Shown: positions 51,506-59,757 of the stretch, in pieces
Position numbering within the stretch: the first letter of the stretch is position 1
Layout: every line of letters begins with the position of its first letter
IMG/VR virus record: IMGVR_UViG_3300035515_000417
Location: 1-64,000 of that record
Length of the DNA stretch: 64,000 nucleotides
Source of the DNA: a virus
Taxonomy: Duplodnaviria; Caudoviricetes
Direction: 5' to 3' (one strand)
Notes under the pieces: model-generated
What the model saw: the letters and a program-made list of their open reading frames with translations, nothing else
Told to the model about the DNA's origin: nothing
Databases searched by the model: none
Position numbers and translations under genes: made by a program

Positions 51506-52426
51506 ATGATTGACATTGATGACGCTCTGGATAACTTAGATGTGGATAATAGTAAAATAATAATAGAAGCCAATAAGTTTGGATTTAGTACACAGAAAAT
51601 TGAAAAACAACATAAAATATATTATGGATTGACAGAAGCTGATAGAGAATTAGCAGTGTATGAAAACCTAATACCAAAGGCTTATAAAAATGCAACATTC
51701 GATATAGATAGGATAAAAGAGAATTTGCAAAACCAGTACAAGAGATTTAATGGTGCATACAAGATATACAGATTGAGTGATTACACACAGGTTTGTACAG
51801 AAGTCCTTAGTAATATACGAATGAAACATTTACCAAAGAGAAGTTACCTGATAGGTGCTCCGAATGGGTTTGGAAAATCCAGTTTTGTATATGAGGCATT
51901 GATAACATTAAGAAAGCATAACTTTAAGGTAGTCCCGTATATTTCATTATGGGAATTGGCACAGTTAAGAGTTGATAATGAACAAAGGTTAATGAATCCA
52001 TACAAAACATTTAAAGATGACAGAACAAATTATAGTTATACAGAGCCAAATAAGATAGTAGGATATATGAAAAAGCCAGAGGTTGTGACTGGAAGGTATT
52101 CATACAGTGAATATATAAATGCTGACTGTTTGTTTGTAAGTTTTACAGATGTAATAAGTAAGGATATAGAGTCACATACATTATATCAATTATTGAACAT
52201 CAGAGGTTCAAAAGGGTTACCAACAATAGTTACCATATCTACATCATTGGAACCCTATGAAAATGATAAAGTGTTAAGAGAGCAGGTATGGGATGAAATA
52301 AAGGCAGACAAGGAAGAGAGAAGCCTGTATGATAGAGTCTATCATATATCTTGTTATAAGAGAAGGAACATGGGACTTGAGAATAAAGATGAAATAATTG
52401 ACAGTGAAACTGGTATAGTACATTAA
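51506..52426 (+). CDS. DnaC/IstB-like AAA+ ATPase (putative helicase loader)
   Basis: IPKAYKNATFD, IGAPNGFGKSS, LLNIRGSKGLPTIVT, DRVY; Walker B degenerate (DCLFVSFTD). Confidence 0.7.
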   Translation: MIDIDDALDNLDVDNSKIIIEANKFGFSTQKIEKQHKIYYGLTEADRELAVYENLIPKAYKNATFDIDRIKENLQNQYKRFNGAYKIYRLSDYTQVCTEVLSNIRMKHLPKRSYLIGAPNGFGKSSFVYEALITLRKHNFKVVPYISLWELAQLRVDNEQRLMNPYKTFKDDRTNYSYTEPNKIVGYMKKPEVVTGRYSYSEYINADCLFVSFTDVISKDIESHTLYQLLNIRGSKGLPTIVTISTSLEPYENDKVLREQVWDEIKADKEERSLYDRVYHISCYKRRNMGLENKDEIIDSETGIVH

Positions 52427-52451
52427 GAATAAAAACAAGAGGCAATTAAAA

Positions 52452-52766
52452 ATGATTAATAGACACGAACATGTAAAATGTGACTGGTGTGGTAAAAAGT
52501 CAGAGCTTGGTGAATGGAATGACCTGACATACAGTAGATGTAGAAATCGTGAAATGAAAAGAGCATTTACACAATTAACTGAAGAAAGAGCATTTTTTAA
52601 AAAGTCTGATACATTTTATGAATGTCCTGTATGTCATAAATGGAGTAGAGGTTGTCAACTAAGAATAGTGGACACAGACAATCCAAAGTTGCTAAGGCTT
52701 GGTGGAGAATCAAGAATGTCAGCTAAAGAAGCTTCAGACGATGAGCTTGATGATGAAGACGATTAA
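52452..52766 (+). CDS. Small zinc-finger protein
   Basis: CDWCG...C...CPVC; RBS GAGG. Confidence 0.75.
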   Translation: MINRHEHVKCDWCGKKSELGEWNDLTYSRCRNREMKRAFTQLTEERAFFKKSDTFYECPVCHKWSRGCQLRIVDTDNPKLLRLGGESRMSAKEASDDELDDEDD

Positions 52767-52813
52767 AGCTTAAAAGAGGACAGAATAGAGTTTAAATAAG
52801 ATGCAAAAGAAAT

Positions 52814-52860
52814 AAAGAGGTAGCTAGTTGGATAAGAGAATGAACTAGTTACTTCTTTTA
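52814..52860 (+). terminator. Terminator-like hairpin
   Basis: AAAGAGGTAGCTAGTT...AACTAGTTACTTCTTT-T. Confidence 0.7.
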
Positions 52861-53039
52861 AATACTAAAAATGAATACCTAACTAGTTCGAAATATACAG
52901 AAACTAGTTGAGAGTTTGTTAAAGACAATCAAATAAAAATAAATTTACACGAGGGGGTTATTTTTAGGGGTACATTGTTTGATGCATTAAATTTATTAAG
53001 GGGTAATTTATTTTTAGTAAAAAGGAAGTGAAATTTCAC

Positions 53040-53966
53040 ATGATTAACAATAATATTTTATACAAAGCAACGGGTAGATACATGGACGGTCAAAAACTAG
53101 TGGGATATCATTTGGTTGGTGAGGATGGAAGTCAGTCACAAGAGAATAAAGAGCGAGTAAAATTTTTGATAAGTCAAGGTATTATTGTGAATATGCGATT
53201 ACAGACTGGTGAGAACGGTGAGCAGATTATAAGAGGCAAGGGTGTAAATTTGAATAACTTACCAGTTTATGATATAGGAAAGCAGAGTTTTAGAAGTGAC
53301 AGTAATTCACAATCAGCAGCCAGTAGTAAGGTATCAGTAAAGAAAAGTCAAGTGTCAGACATTAATTTGATGGGACAGTACAAATTGACTAAGAGGATAA
53401 TGTTGAATGGCAAGTGTATTGGATATGAGATACAGGATTATAGCGGAGCAACTCAGTGGAAAAATAATAATGAGATAAAGAAATTAGCATACCAAAGATT
53501 GATAAACAATGCAGTTGTGAATAAGTACAGAAATGAGGCTGGTGAGGAAGTAATAAAATTAAGGGGTGTAGGAACGGATTTAGCCAGTCTACCTATATTA
53601 ATTGTGACTGAACAAGGTAAAGTAGTTGACCCATCAGTGGAGGCCTCAAGGTTTAGTGTAAGAGCTGCTTATATGAAACATAGTGGTTTAATATATGACA
53701 ATGCATCAAATGCAAGTGTGCCGTTTAAAACAGGTGATTTCATTGTATGTGAAGCAGATGGAAAGTTAGCAATAAAGTCACGCAGTGAAATGGAAAGATA
53801 TTATACAATTGATACAGTGAGTGGAAGTGCAATTTGTGATGATTACTTTGTAAGGTCTAATAGATACAGTGTAGAGATATTTGGTGGCTCAAAGGTCACA
53901 TTGAATGCAAGTATGATAAAATCGTGGAAAATATTTAAACCAGAAAATAAACAGAGGATTCAGTAG
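53040..53966 (+). CDS. Protein with two tandem copies of the repeated ~70-aa domain
   Basis: Likely ATG 53040 (RBS AAGGAAG); two segments ending IIRGKGVNLNNLPVY and KLRGVGTDLASLPIL. Confidence 0.8.
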   Translation: MINNNILYKATGRYMDGQKLVGYHLVGEDGSQSQENKERVKFLISQGIIVNMRLQTGENGEQIIRGKGVNLNNLPVYDIGKQSFRSDSNSQSAASSKVSVKKSQVSDINLMGQYKLTKRIMLNGKCIGYEIQDYSGATQWKNNNEIKKLAYQRLINNAVVNKYRNEAGEEVIKLRGVGTDLASLPILIVTEQGKVVDPSVEASRFSVRAAYMKHSGLIYDNASNASVPFKTGDFIVCEADGKLAIKSRSEMERYYTIDTVSGSAICDDYFVRSNRYSVEIFGGSKVTLNASMIKSWKIFKPENKQRIQ

Positions 53967-54016
53967 GATTTCTGTACAGATAAATTAATGTCCCTTTATC
54001 GTAAATATAAACTTTT

Positions 54017-54076
54017 AAAAATCAAGAGGAATGTCATTTAATGAAAAAGTTGAATGCATTCCTCTTGATTTTTTTG
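54017..54076. terminator. Bidirectional terminator
   Basis: Perfect 17-bp inverted repeat AAAAATCAAGAGGAATG...CATTCCTCTTGATTTTT. Confidence 0.8.
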
Positions 54077-54267
54077 ATACATAATCAGAGAGACAGAGAT
54101 GAAAAACAGGTATGCAGGGAGGGTAAAATCAGCAATATTTACAAAACGGAATCCTGAATGATTTGAGTGTCATTAAACAAAAAGACTTAAACAGACTTTC
54201 AAAAAATCTTGAATGCATAGGAGGAATTTTAGGTAGAACTAGTGAGAAAAATTGGTATGCATTTGGG

Positions 54268-54541
54268 GAACAAGTGTTTGTGTAAAAATGGGTTGAATTT
54301 TGGAAGTAAATTTGATAGGATAGTGGGTGGGAAAGGGGGAAATTGGATTGGGTGTAACGGTGTGGAAATTTACTATTGTATATCTAGTGGGAAAAATTGG
54401 GTTGAAAAGCACCAGACAAACCAGATTTAAGTGAAGCACCGAGCACAAATCATGGTACAATTTCCAGTATGTAGTTTAATGGAATGGGAGTGGCGGTAAG
54501 TATGAACAAATGTTCAGAATATATGGTTGGAACAAATGTTT
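54268..54541. promoter_or_regulatory. Three Firmicute LexA (SOS)-type boxes
   Basis: GAAC-AAGT-GTTT 54268-54279; GAAC-AAAT-GTTC 54504-54515; GAAC-AAAT-GTTT 54530-54541. Confidence 0.6.
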
Positions 54542-54698
54542 GAAATTTTGAAAAATAAAAGAGAACAATGGATTTAAGAGTGACTCAGTTGTAATTAAAA
54601 ATTACTTGAGAGCAAAAATCAAAATACCTATAATTAAAAAGATATACAATACCAATCAAAGGCTAAACTAGTGATAAACCAGGTAGTTCTATGAAATG

Positions 54699-54723
54699 AG
54701 CAATTAAATATATAAAGTATAAT
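54699..54723 (+). promoter_or_regulatory. AGCA-N15-TATAAT promoter-like motif upstream of gyrB
   Basis: AGCA 54699-54702, TATAAT 54718-54723. Confidence 0.55.
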
Positions 54724-54773
54724 TTTAATTTTTTAATTTTAAGTTGGAATTTAGAAAGGTAGGACATTTAAAA

Positions 54774-56816
54774 ATGATGGAAAAAGATAATCGTAACATG
54801 CGAAGTCTTAAAGACGAGCAGCAGGTTAGACAGAGAGCAAATGTTATATTTGGTACAGTAGATATAAATGGTGCTTTCAAGTGTATTGACGAGATAGTAG
54901 CTAACTCTGTAGATGAGGCGACAGAGGGTTATGGTAAGGAAGTCAGGGTAACAGTAAGGAAGCCTAATGAAAGTGATATTAAATTAGGTGCAAAGAACAT
55001 AGGTGATGTAATTGAAATCTCTGATGATGGACGTGGCTTACCCATGGACTGGAATGAGGCAGAGCAGAAATATAACTGGGAACTCGCTTGTTGTACTCTA
55101 TATGCATCTGGAAAGTATGATAGTTCACAGTATTCTCAGTCAGTAGGATTGAATGGGCTTGGTTTGACAGCTACTCAGTATGCTTCATCTTTCATGGTAG
55201 TAGAATCTACATATGAGGGAAAAACAAGGTATATGAGATTTCAGTTAGGTAAGCCAGTAGGAAAAATGGTAACAGTTGATGCTGTGAGAGAAGGTTCAGG
55301 AACTACAATAAGATTTCAGACAGACTATGAGGTATTTCCATGTTTACAGTATGAACAGATAAGTATGGACAAGTATTTGAATTTGTTTAACAATCTGGCT
55401 ATGATAAATAAGGGATTGGTAATCAAGTTAAATCATTATGAGTTAAACACAGAAGCAGTGTTTTACTATGAGGGCGGAATAGTAGAGTTTATAGACAGAC
55501 TTCTTGAAGACCCTGAAATGACGGCTAAGCCAATGATACAAACCACTTCATTCTATGATACAATGTATGGCACAGATGATGCAGTGACAAATCCCGAACA
55601 GTACAAATTTGACCTTGAGTTAGCATTTAACTTCTGTAGGGACAAATCAATAGTGGGAATATATCATAATGGTTCACACTTGTTTGAGGGTGGTACTACA
55701 GCTGACGGATTTGAGCAAGGCATCACAATGGCTTTTAATCATGTATTAAAAGAGACAAATAAAATGGCAAAATCAGAAAGAGTTCTTTATAAAGATATAG
55801 AGCAAATGCTGTTATGTACACTCAGTACAAAATCTCCTGGATATCGTACAAATTTCAAGAGTCAGACAAAGAGTGCAGTAACGAATCCATGGATGGGAAA
55901 GGCTACAGCTTCATTTACATATGAGAAGTTTAGATACTGGCTTGAGAATAATAAGAATCTTGCTGATAAAGTATTGAACGAGGTTTTAATTAATAAGAAA
56001 GCTCGTGAGGATGGTGAGGCAGTAAGCAAGAAAGTAATTAAAAAGTTAAGTACAAATGTAAGTTTTACTAACAAGCCAAAGGGATTTGAGGACTGTGCTA
56101 CAAAGGACGTTTCAATAAGAGAGGTATATCTAGTAGAGGGACTTTCAGCTCTTGGTTCAGCAAAACAGGCTTGTGATAGTAACTTCCAAGCAGTAATGCC
56201 ACTTAGAGGTAAAATTATTAACAGTATAAAAGAAACCCCTGCACGAGTATTGAATAATGAGATAGTAGTAAATTTATTCAGAATACTTGGTTGTGGAATA
56301 GAGTTAAAGACAAAGTACCTTGAGGACCTTCCAAAATTCGACATAAACAAGTTGAAATGGAATAAAATCATCATATGTACTGATGCAGACGTAGATGGTT
56401 TTCATATAAGATGTTTAGCACTGGAGCTGTTTTATGTATTAGCACCATCCCTAATTAAAGAAGGTAAGGTGTTTATAGCAGAAACACCTCTGTATGAAAT
56501 GTCATACAAAGAGGATTACAAGTTTGCTTATGATGATAGTGAGTATGACTTAAATATGAAATACTTCACAGATACCTATGGAATTAATCCAACTAAAGTA
56601 GTAGTTAAGCGTTCTAAGGGACTTGGTGAGAACGATGCAGAAATGATGCATCGTTCAACAATGAATCCAGAATCACGTAGATTAATTAAAATACAGTATC
56701 CAGAAGATGACACACAGTTAAGAAGTCAGTTCAATGCTTTATTAGGTGATGACATTGAAACACGTAGAATGTTAATCAATGAATACTTTGATAAAATAGA
56801 TGCAGACCTTGAATAA
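54774..56816 (+). CDS. gyrB: Type IIA topoisomerase subunit B (GyrB/ParE)
   Basis: EIVANSVDE, DDGRGLP, ASGKYD, GLNGLG, TOPRIM EGLSA, PLRGK, TDADVDG, KGLGE; likely start ATG 54774. Confidence 0.93.
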   Translation: MMEKDNRNMRSLKDEQQVRQRANVIFGTVDINGAFKCIDEIVANSVDEATEGYGKEVRVTVRKPNESDIKLGAKNIGDVIEISDDGRGLPMDWNEAEQKYNWELACCTLYASGKYDSSQYSQSVGLNGLGLTATQYASSFMVVESTYEGKTRYMRFQLGKPVGKMVTVDAVREGSGTTIRFQTDYEVFPCLQYEQISMDKYLNLFNNLAMINKGLVIKLNHYELNTEAVFYYEGGIVEFIDRLLEDPEMTAKPMIQTTSFYDTMYGTDDAVTNPEQYKFDLELAFNFCRDKSIVGIYHNGSHLFEGGTTADGFEQGITMAFNHVLKETNKMAKSERVLYKDIEQMLLCTLSTKSPGYRTNFKSQTKSAVTNPWMGKATASFTYEKFRYWLENNKNLADKVLNEVLINKKAREDGEAVSKKVIKKLSTNVSFTNKPKGFEDCATKDVSIREVYLVEGLSALGSAKQACDSNFQAVMPLRGKIINSIKETPARVLNNEIVVNLFRILGCGIELKTKYLEDLPKFDINKLKWNKIIICTDADVDGFHIRCLALELFYVLAPSLIKEGKVFIAETPLYEMSYKEDYKFAYDDSEYDLNMKYFTDTYGINPTKVVVKRSKGLGENDAEMMHRSTMNPESRRLIKIQYPEDDTQLRSQFNALLGDDIETRRMLINEYFDKIDADLE

Positions 56817-56826
56817 ATTGAGGTAA

Positions 56827-56949
56827 ATTGTAGAGTCATTTAGGTTTTTCAAGTACAAATTGAATAACACTGGGTGACTCTACAATAACACTAATGCATA
56901 AAGGAAAACAGCTCAGAATTTAGATGAATTGCTTTCTTTTGTGCATTAG
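56827..56949 (+). other. Two tandem large-loop hairpins after gyrB
   Basis: ATTGTAGAGTCA(56827)...TGACTCTACAAT(56886); CTAATGCA(56891)...TGCATTAG(56949) with G-U extensions. Confidence 0.6.
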
Positions 56950-57003
56950 AAGTAAAAGAATTTGTAATTTTAATTTTAAAAATTTGAAAGGAGCCTATCA
57001 AAA

Positions 57004-58098
57004 ATGACCTTACCAAATTATATAAAGACAGATGGTAAAATGGTAGACGTTGAGTTTCAAAAGCTTCCAGACAGTGTATTTATGGATGCTGTTAAGAATA
57101 GAGACATATCAAAGTTTATGATACTAGCCAAAGGTAAAAGGAAAGATATGGCACCAGGTGCACCAGACGTACAGATAGTTAGTTCAACAGGTGAGACAAA
57201 GATAATATCTCGAAAAGATTTGTGTAACAATTATGTGTTTGCCACAGGTAAGAAAATTAGATTAGCATTACTAAGAAATAATAGACCTTACTTATGTGTA
57301 TCACAGTGTGATAAGCCTTATAAAGTTTTGGCTGTGCCAGATAATTGTAAAGGAAGCATATTATCAAATGGAAATGTAGTTCAAGTGAGTCCTGGTTCTG
57401 TAATAATTGTACCTATAAAAAGTGATGGAACACTTGATAAAATTCATATGTCAGTATCTACAATGAGAAACTTCAAAAAGGGTTTCAGAGTTCCAAAGCA
57501 GGCTGTATTGCTTAGGCATAGGGGACAAAATGGTGCAAGACAATTTACACTGCATAATCAGTCAGAGAACAATGTAAATGGTGGTTCAAGGCAGAGGTTT
57601 GGAAGACGACCAACAATTAATTTTGGAAATCCAGCAAGTCCAAGTATGAACATTGGTGGAAATACACAGCATCAGATTAATTTGGAAAAGAAAGAGTTTA
57701 ATACTCAGATACGTGTACAACCACAGATGACAAGCAGACCAAATCCAAATATGAACGTAAGGTCAAATACCAACATGCCAAATAGAAATGTGAAGTCACA
57801 GCCTCAAAATAACAGACCAAATGGTGTAGATATACAGAATCAACAGAAACAAGTACAGCCCAAGTATCAATATACAGTAGTAAATCAAGTATTAGATACA
57901 AAGAATAATCAGCTAAAGGGATATACCTTGATGCACCTGGAAACAAAGAAAAAACAGGTAGTATCTCCAAATGTACTTCTTCAATTATGTAAGCAGTACA
58001 GGGTAGCAAATGTGGAGGCTGTACAGAATCAAAATGGAATATCTTATTTAAGAGGAAATGGCATAGTTCTTAAGAACTTACCATCAGTGTTAGGATAA
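57004..58098 (+). CDS. Hypothetical protein with N/Q/R-rich linker and C-terminal repeated ~70-aa domain
   Basis: C-terminus ...LKGYTL...VANV...YLRGNGIVLKNLPSVL; RBS GAAAGGAG. Confidence 0.8.
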   Translation: MTLPNYIKTDGKMVDVEFQKLPDSVFMDAVKNRDISKFMILAKGKRKDMAPGAPDVQIVSSTGETKIISRKDLCNNYVFATGKKIRLALLRNNRPYLCVSQCDKPYKVLAVPDNCKGSILSNGNVVQVSPGSVIIVPIKSDGTLDKIHMSVSTMRNFKKGFRVPKQAVLLRHRGQNGARQFTLHNQSENNVNGGSRQRFGRRPTINFGNPASPSMNIGGNTQHQINLEKKEFNTQIRVQPQMTSRPNPNMNVRSNTNMPNRNVKSQPQNNRPNGVDIQNQQKQVQPKYQYTVVNQVLDTKNNQLKGYTLMHLETKKKQVVSPNVLLQLCKQYRVANVEAVQNQNGISYLRGNGIVLKNLPSVLG

Positions 58099-58120
58099 GA
58101 GATGAGTTTGTGAATAAAGG

Positions 58121-58612
58121 GTGATAGCAATAAAAGCAGTGAAAATCAAATACAAAAGAAATAAGTCAAAAGAATTAAAAGAGTATACAATTCAAGAAGA
58201 ATTATTGTCAAAGCCATCAGATAAACTAACACCTTATGAAAAACGAGTAGTAAGAGATATGAATAAAATACAATATACTGTATTAGATGTTACAGTAATG
58301 TTGGTAATAGGAATTTTGTTGTTAATATGTACAGCAGTATTAGTTTTGGGCGAGCAGCATCCAGTACAAATAATACACAAGATATGCAGACAGGAATCAA
58401 TAGCAGAATTAGAGAGTGTAGAGGGAATATTTTCCTATTCAGCTAATATGATATTCTTTAGCATAGTCTTGAATATAGTAACAGTAATTCTTCCATTCTT
58501 AGTAGCATGCATATTTTGTTTAAGAAATGTAATATACCGAGAGGAAATTCTAAGATACTTTAACCTAGAGAACAATAAGAACAGGGAATTGGTGGTTTAT
58601 CCGATAAGGTAA
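58121..58612 (+). CDS. Membrane protein, 2 TM
   Basis: GTG start; two long hydrophobic segments. Confidence 0.65.
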   Translation: MIAIKAVKIKYKRNKSKELKEYTIQEELLSKPSDKLTPYEKRVVRDMNKIQYTVLDVTVMLVIGILLLICTAVLVLGEQHPVQIIHKICRQESIAELESVEGIFSYSANMIFFSIVLNIVTVILPFLVACIFCLRNVIYREEILRYFNLENNKNRELVVYPIR

Positions 58613-58770
58613 CATTAAGGTGTCCAAGATGTAAATATACAGATACATATTTGGTTAGACCGATATACTCTAATACAAAAGACCAAGCAGACCTAACAGT
58701 AGAATGTCACTTCTGTGATGAAATGATAGACAGTAGAATTTATAGTAATAACTTTGATATAAAATTATAA
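58588..58770 (+). CDS. Putative small zinc-ribbon protein (no canonical start codon)
   Basis: Open frame encoding VTLRCPRC...VECHFC, stop TAA 58768-58770; overlaps the end of the upstream gene. Confidence 0.4.
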   Translation: MGGLSDKVTLRCPRCKYTDTYLVRPIYSNTKDQADLTVECHFCDEMIDSRIYSNNFDIKL

Positions 58771-58790
58771 AGCAAGGAGATTTGATAGAT

Positions 58791-59537
58791 ATGCTAAAGA
58801 CTAATTATTACAACAATTCCAGTTACTTTGAGGATAATTGGAGATTTGGTAAAGGTGATGGAATAAAGCTAGCAGACTTGTGTCAGAATATGGAGAACAT
58901 AGAGGATAATAGGTGTTTCTGCTATGATATAGCTACTTCTATGACAATGCTGGGACTTGATTGTGATGTAGTTCCACTTTATAAATACTATACATTGCAG
59001 ATAATACATGCAGCAAGACTTGGTGAATTTGCAACTACAACTGAGGAATACTCTATACTTAGTAATTTGTGCTGCAAATGTGGTGCACTTACAGCTATAT
59101 TAAAATTAAATACAGACATAAATCAAGCTGTAACATTAGCAAAGGCATTTATACCAATATCCAGTATATTAAATGACCAGGCAGGTACAAGTGTTTTTGG
59201 ATGTAAGGCAGTGTTTCTACAGCCACTATACGATTATAGAAATACAGACCTCACAGCTGTAGTAAGAACACTCAATTTGTTAAACACTGAGATACGTGAG
59301 AATTTTATAGACCAGAATGGTAGACTTTTTGGTAACATGCCAGTTGGACCTATTGAAGGGTTGGACCCAGAGAGTATAATGATATTGGCAATTGATAAGT
59401 TTATTGAGTTTGTAAGTAGTGAGGGATTCATGGTACTTGAATATAAACACATACCATTATTCTATGAATACAATAAAGGTTACAATGTAGAATTGGCAGA
59501 TAGATATAGACAGATGTATGGTGGAAAAACATTATAA
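58791..59537 (+). CDS. Hypothetical protein
   Basis: RBS AAGGAG favours ATG 58791 over TTG 58782. Confidence 0.7.
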   Translation: MLKTNYYNNSSYFEDNWRFGKGDGIKLADLCQNMENIEDNRCFCYDIATSMTMLGLDCDVVPLYKYYTLQIIHAARLGEFATTTEEYSILSNLCCKCGALTAILKLNTDINQAVTLAKAFIPISSILNDQAGTSVFGCKAVFLQPLYDYRNTDLTAVVRTLNLLNTEIRENFIDQNGRLFGNMPVGPIEGLDPESIMILAIDKFIEFVSSEGFMVLEYKHIPLFYEYNKGYNVELADRYRQMYGGKTL

Positions 59538-59630
59538 AATATTGAGTAGTCAATTACAAAAATCAATAATCAAATTACTAAAAAATGTCAATAAAGAGTA
59601 TAAAATTAACTTATAATTTACAGTGAATAC

Positions 59631-59669
59631 ATGCTGGTGAATAAGCCATACTTGTTCACTAGCATTTTT
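59631..59669 (+). terminator. Rho-independent terminator
   Basis: ATGCTGGTGAATAAG-5 nt-CTTGTTCACTAGCAT-TTTT. Confidence 0.75.
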
Positions 59670-59757
59670 ATATAAGTAGGTATATTTTATTTTTTAATTA
59701 AATTTTTAAAAATAAAGGTGATTTAAAACAATTAAAAGTGAAAGGACAATTAAAATT

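Noticed and set aside
27540-51549. DnaA boxes (TTATCCACA at 27540 and 29988; TGTGGATAA at 51541)
   Set aside because: Isolated and inside coding sequence, not clustered in intergenic DNA; compatible with chance
54242-54430. 62-aa + strand ORF in the long intergenic gap
   Set aside because: The AGGAGG at 54219 is 17 nt from the GTG and the composition reflects G-rich repeats; not supportable as a gene
3628-56960. Looser GCA...AT-rich matches to the AGCA motif (3628, 7247, 12895, 31044, 50601, 52983, 56942)
   Set aside because: Spacing or -10 hexamer deviates too much to count them
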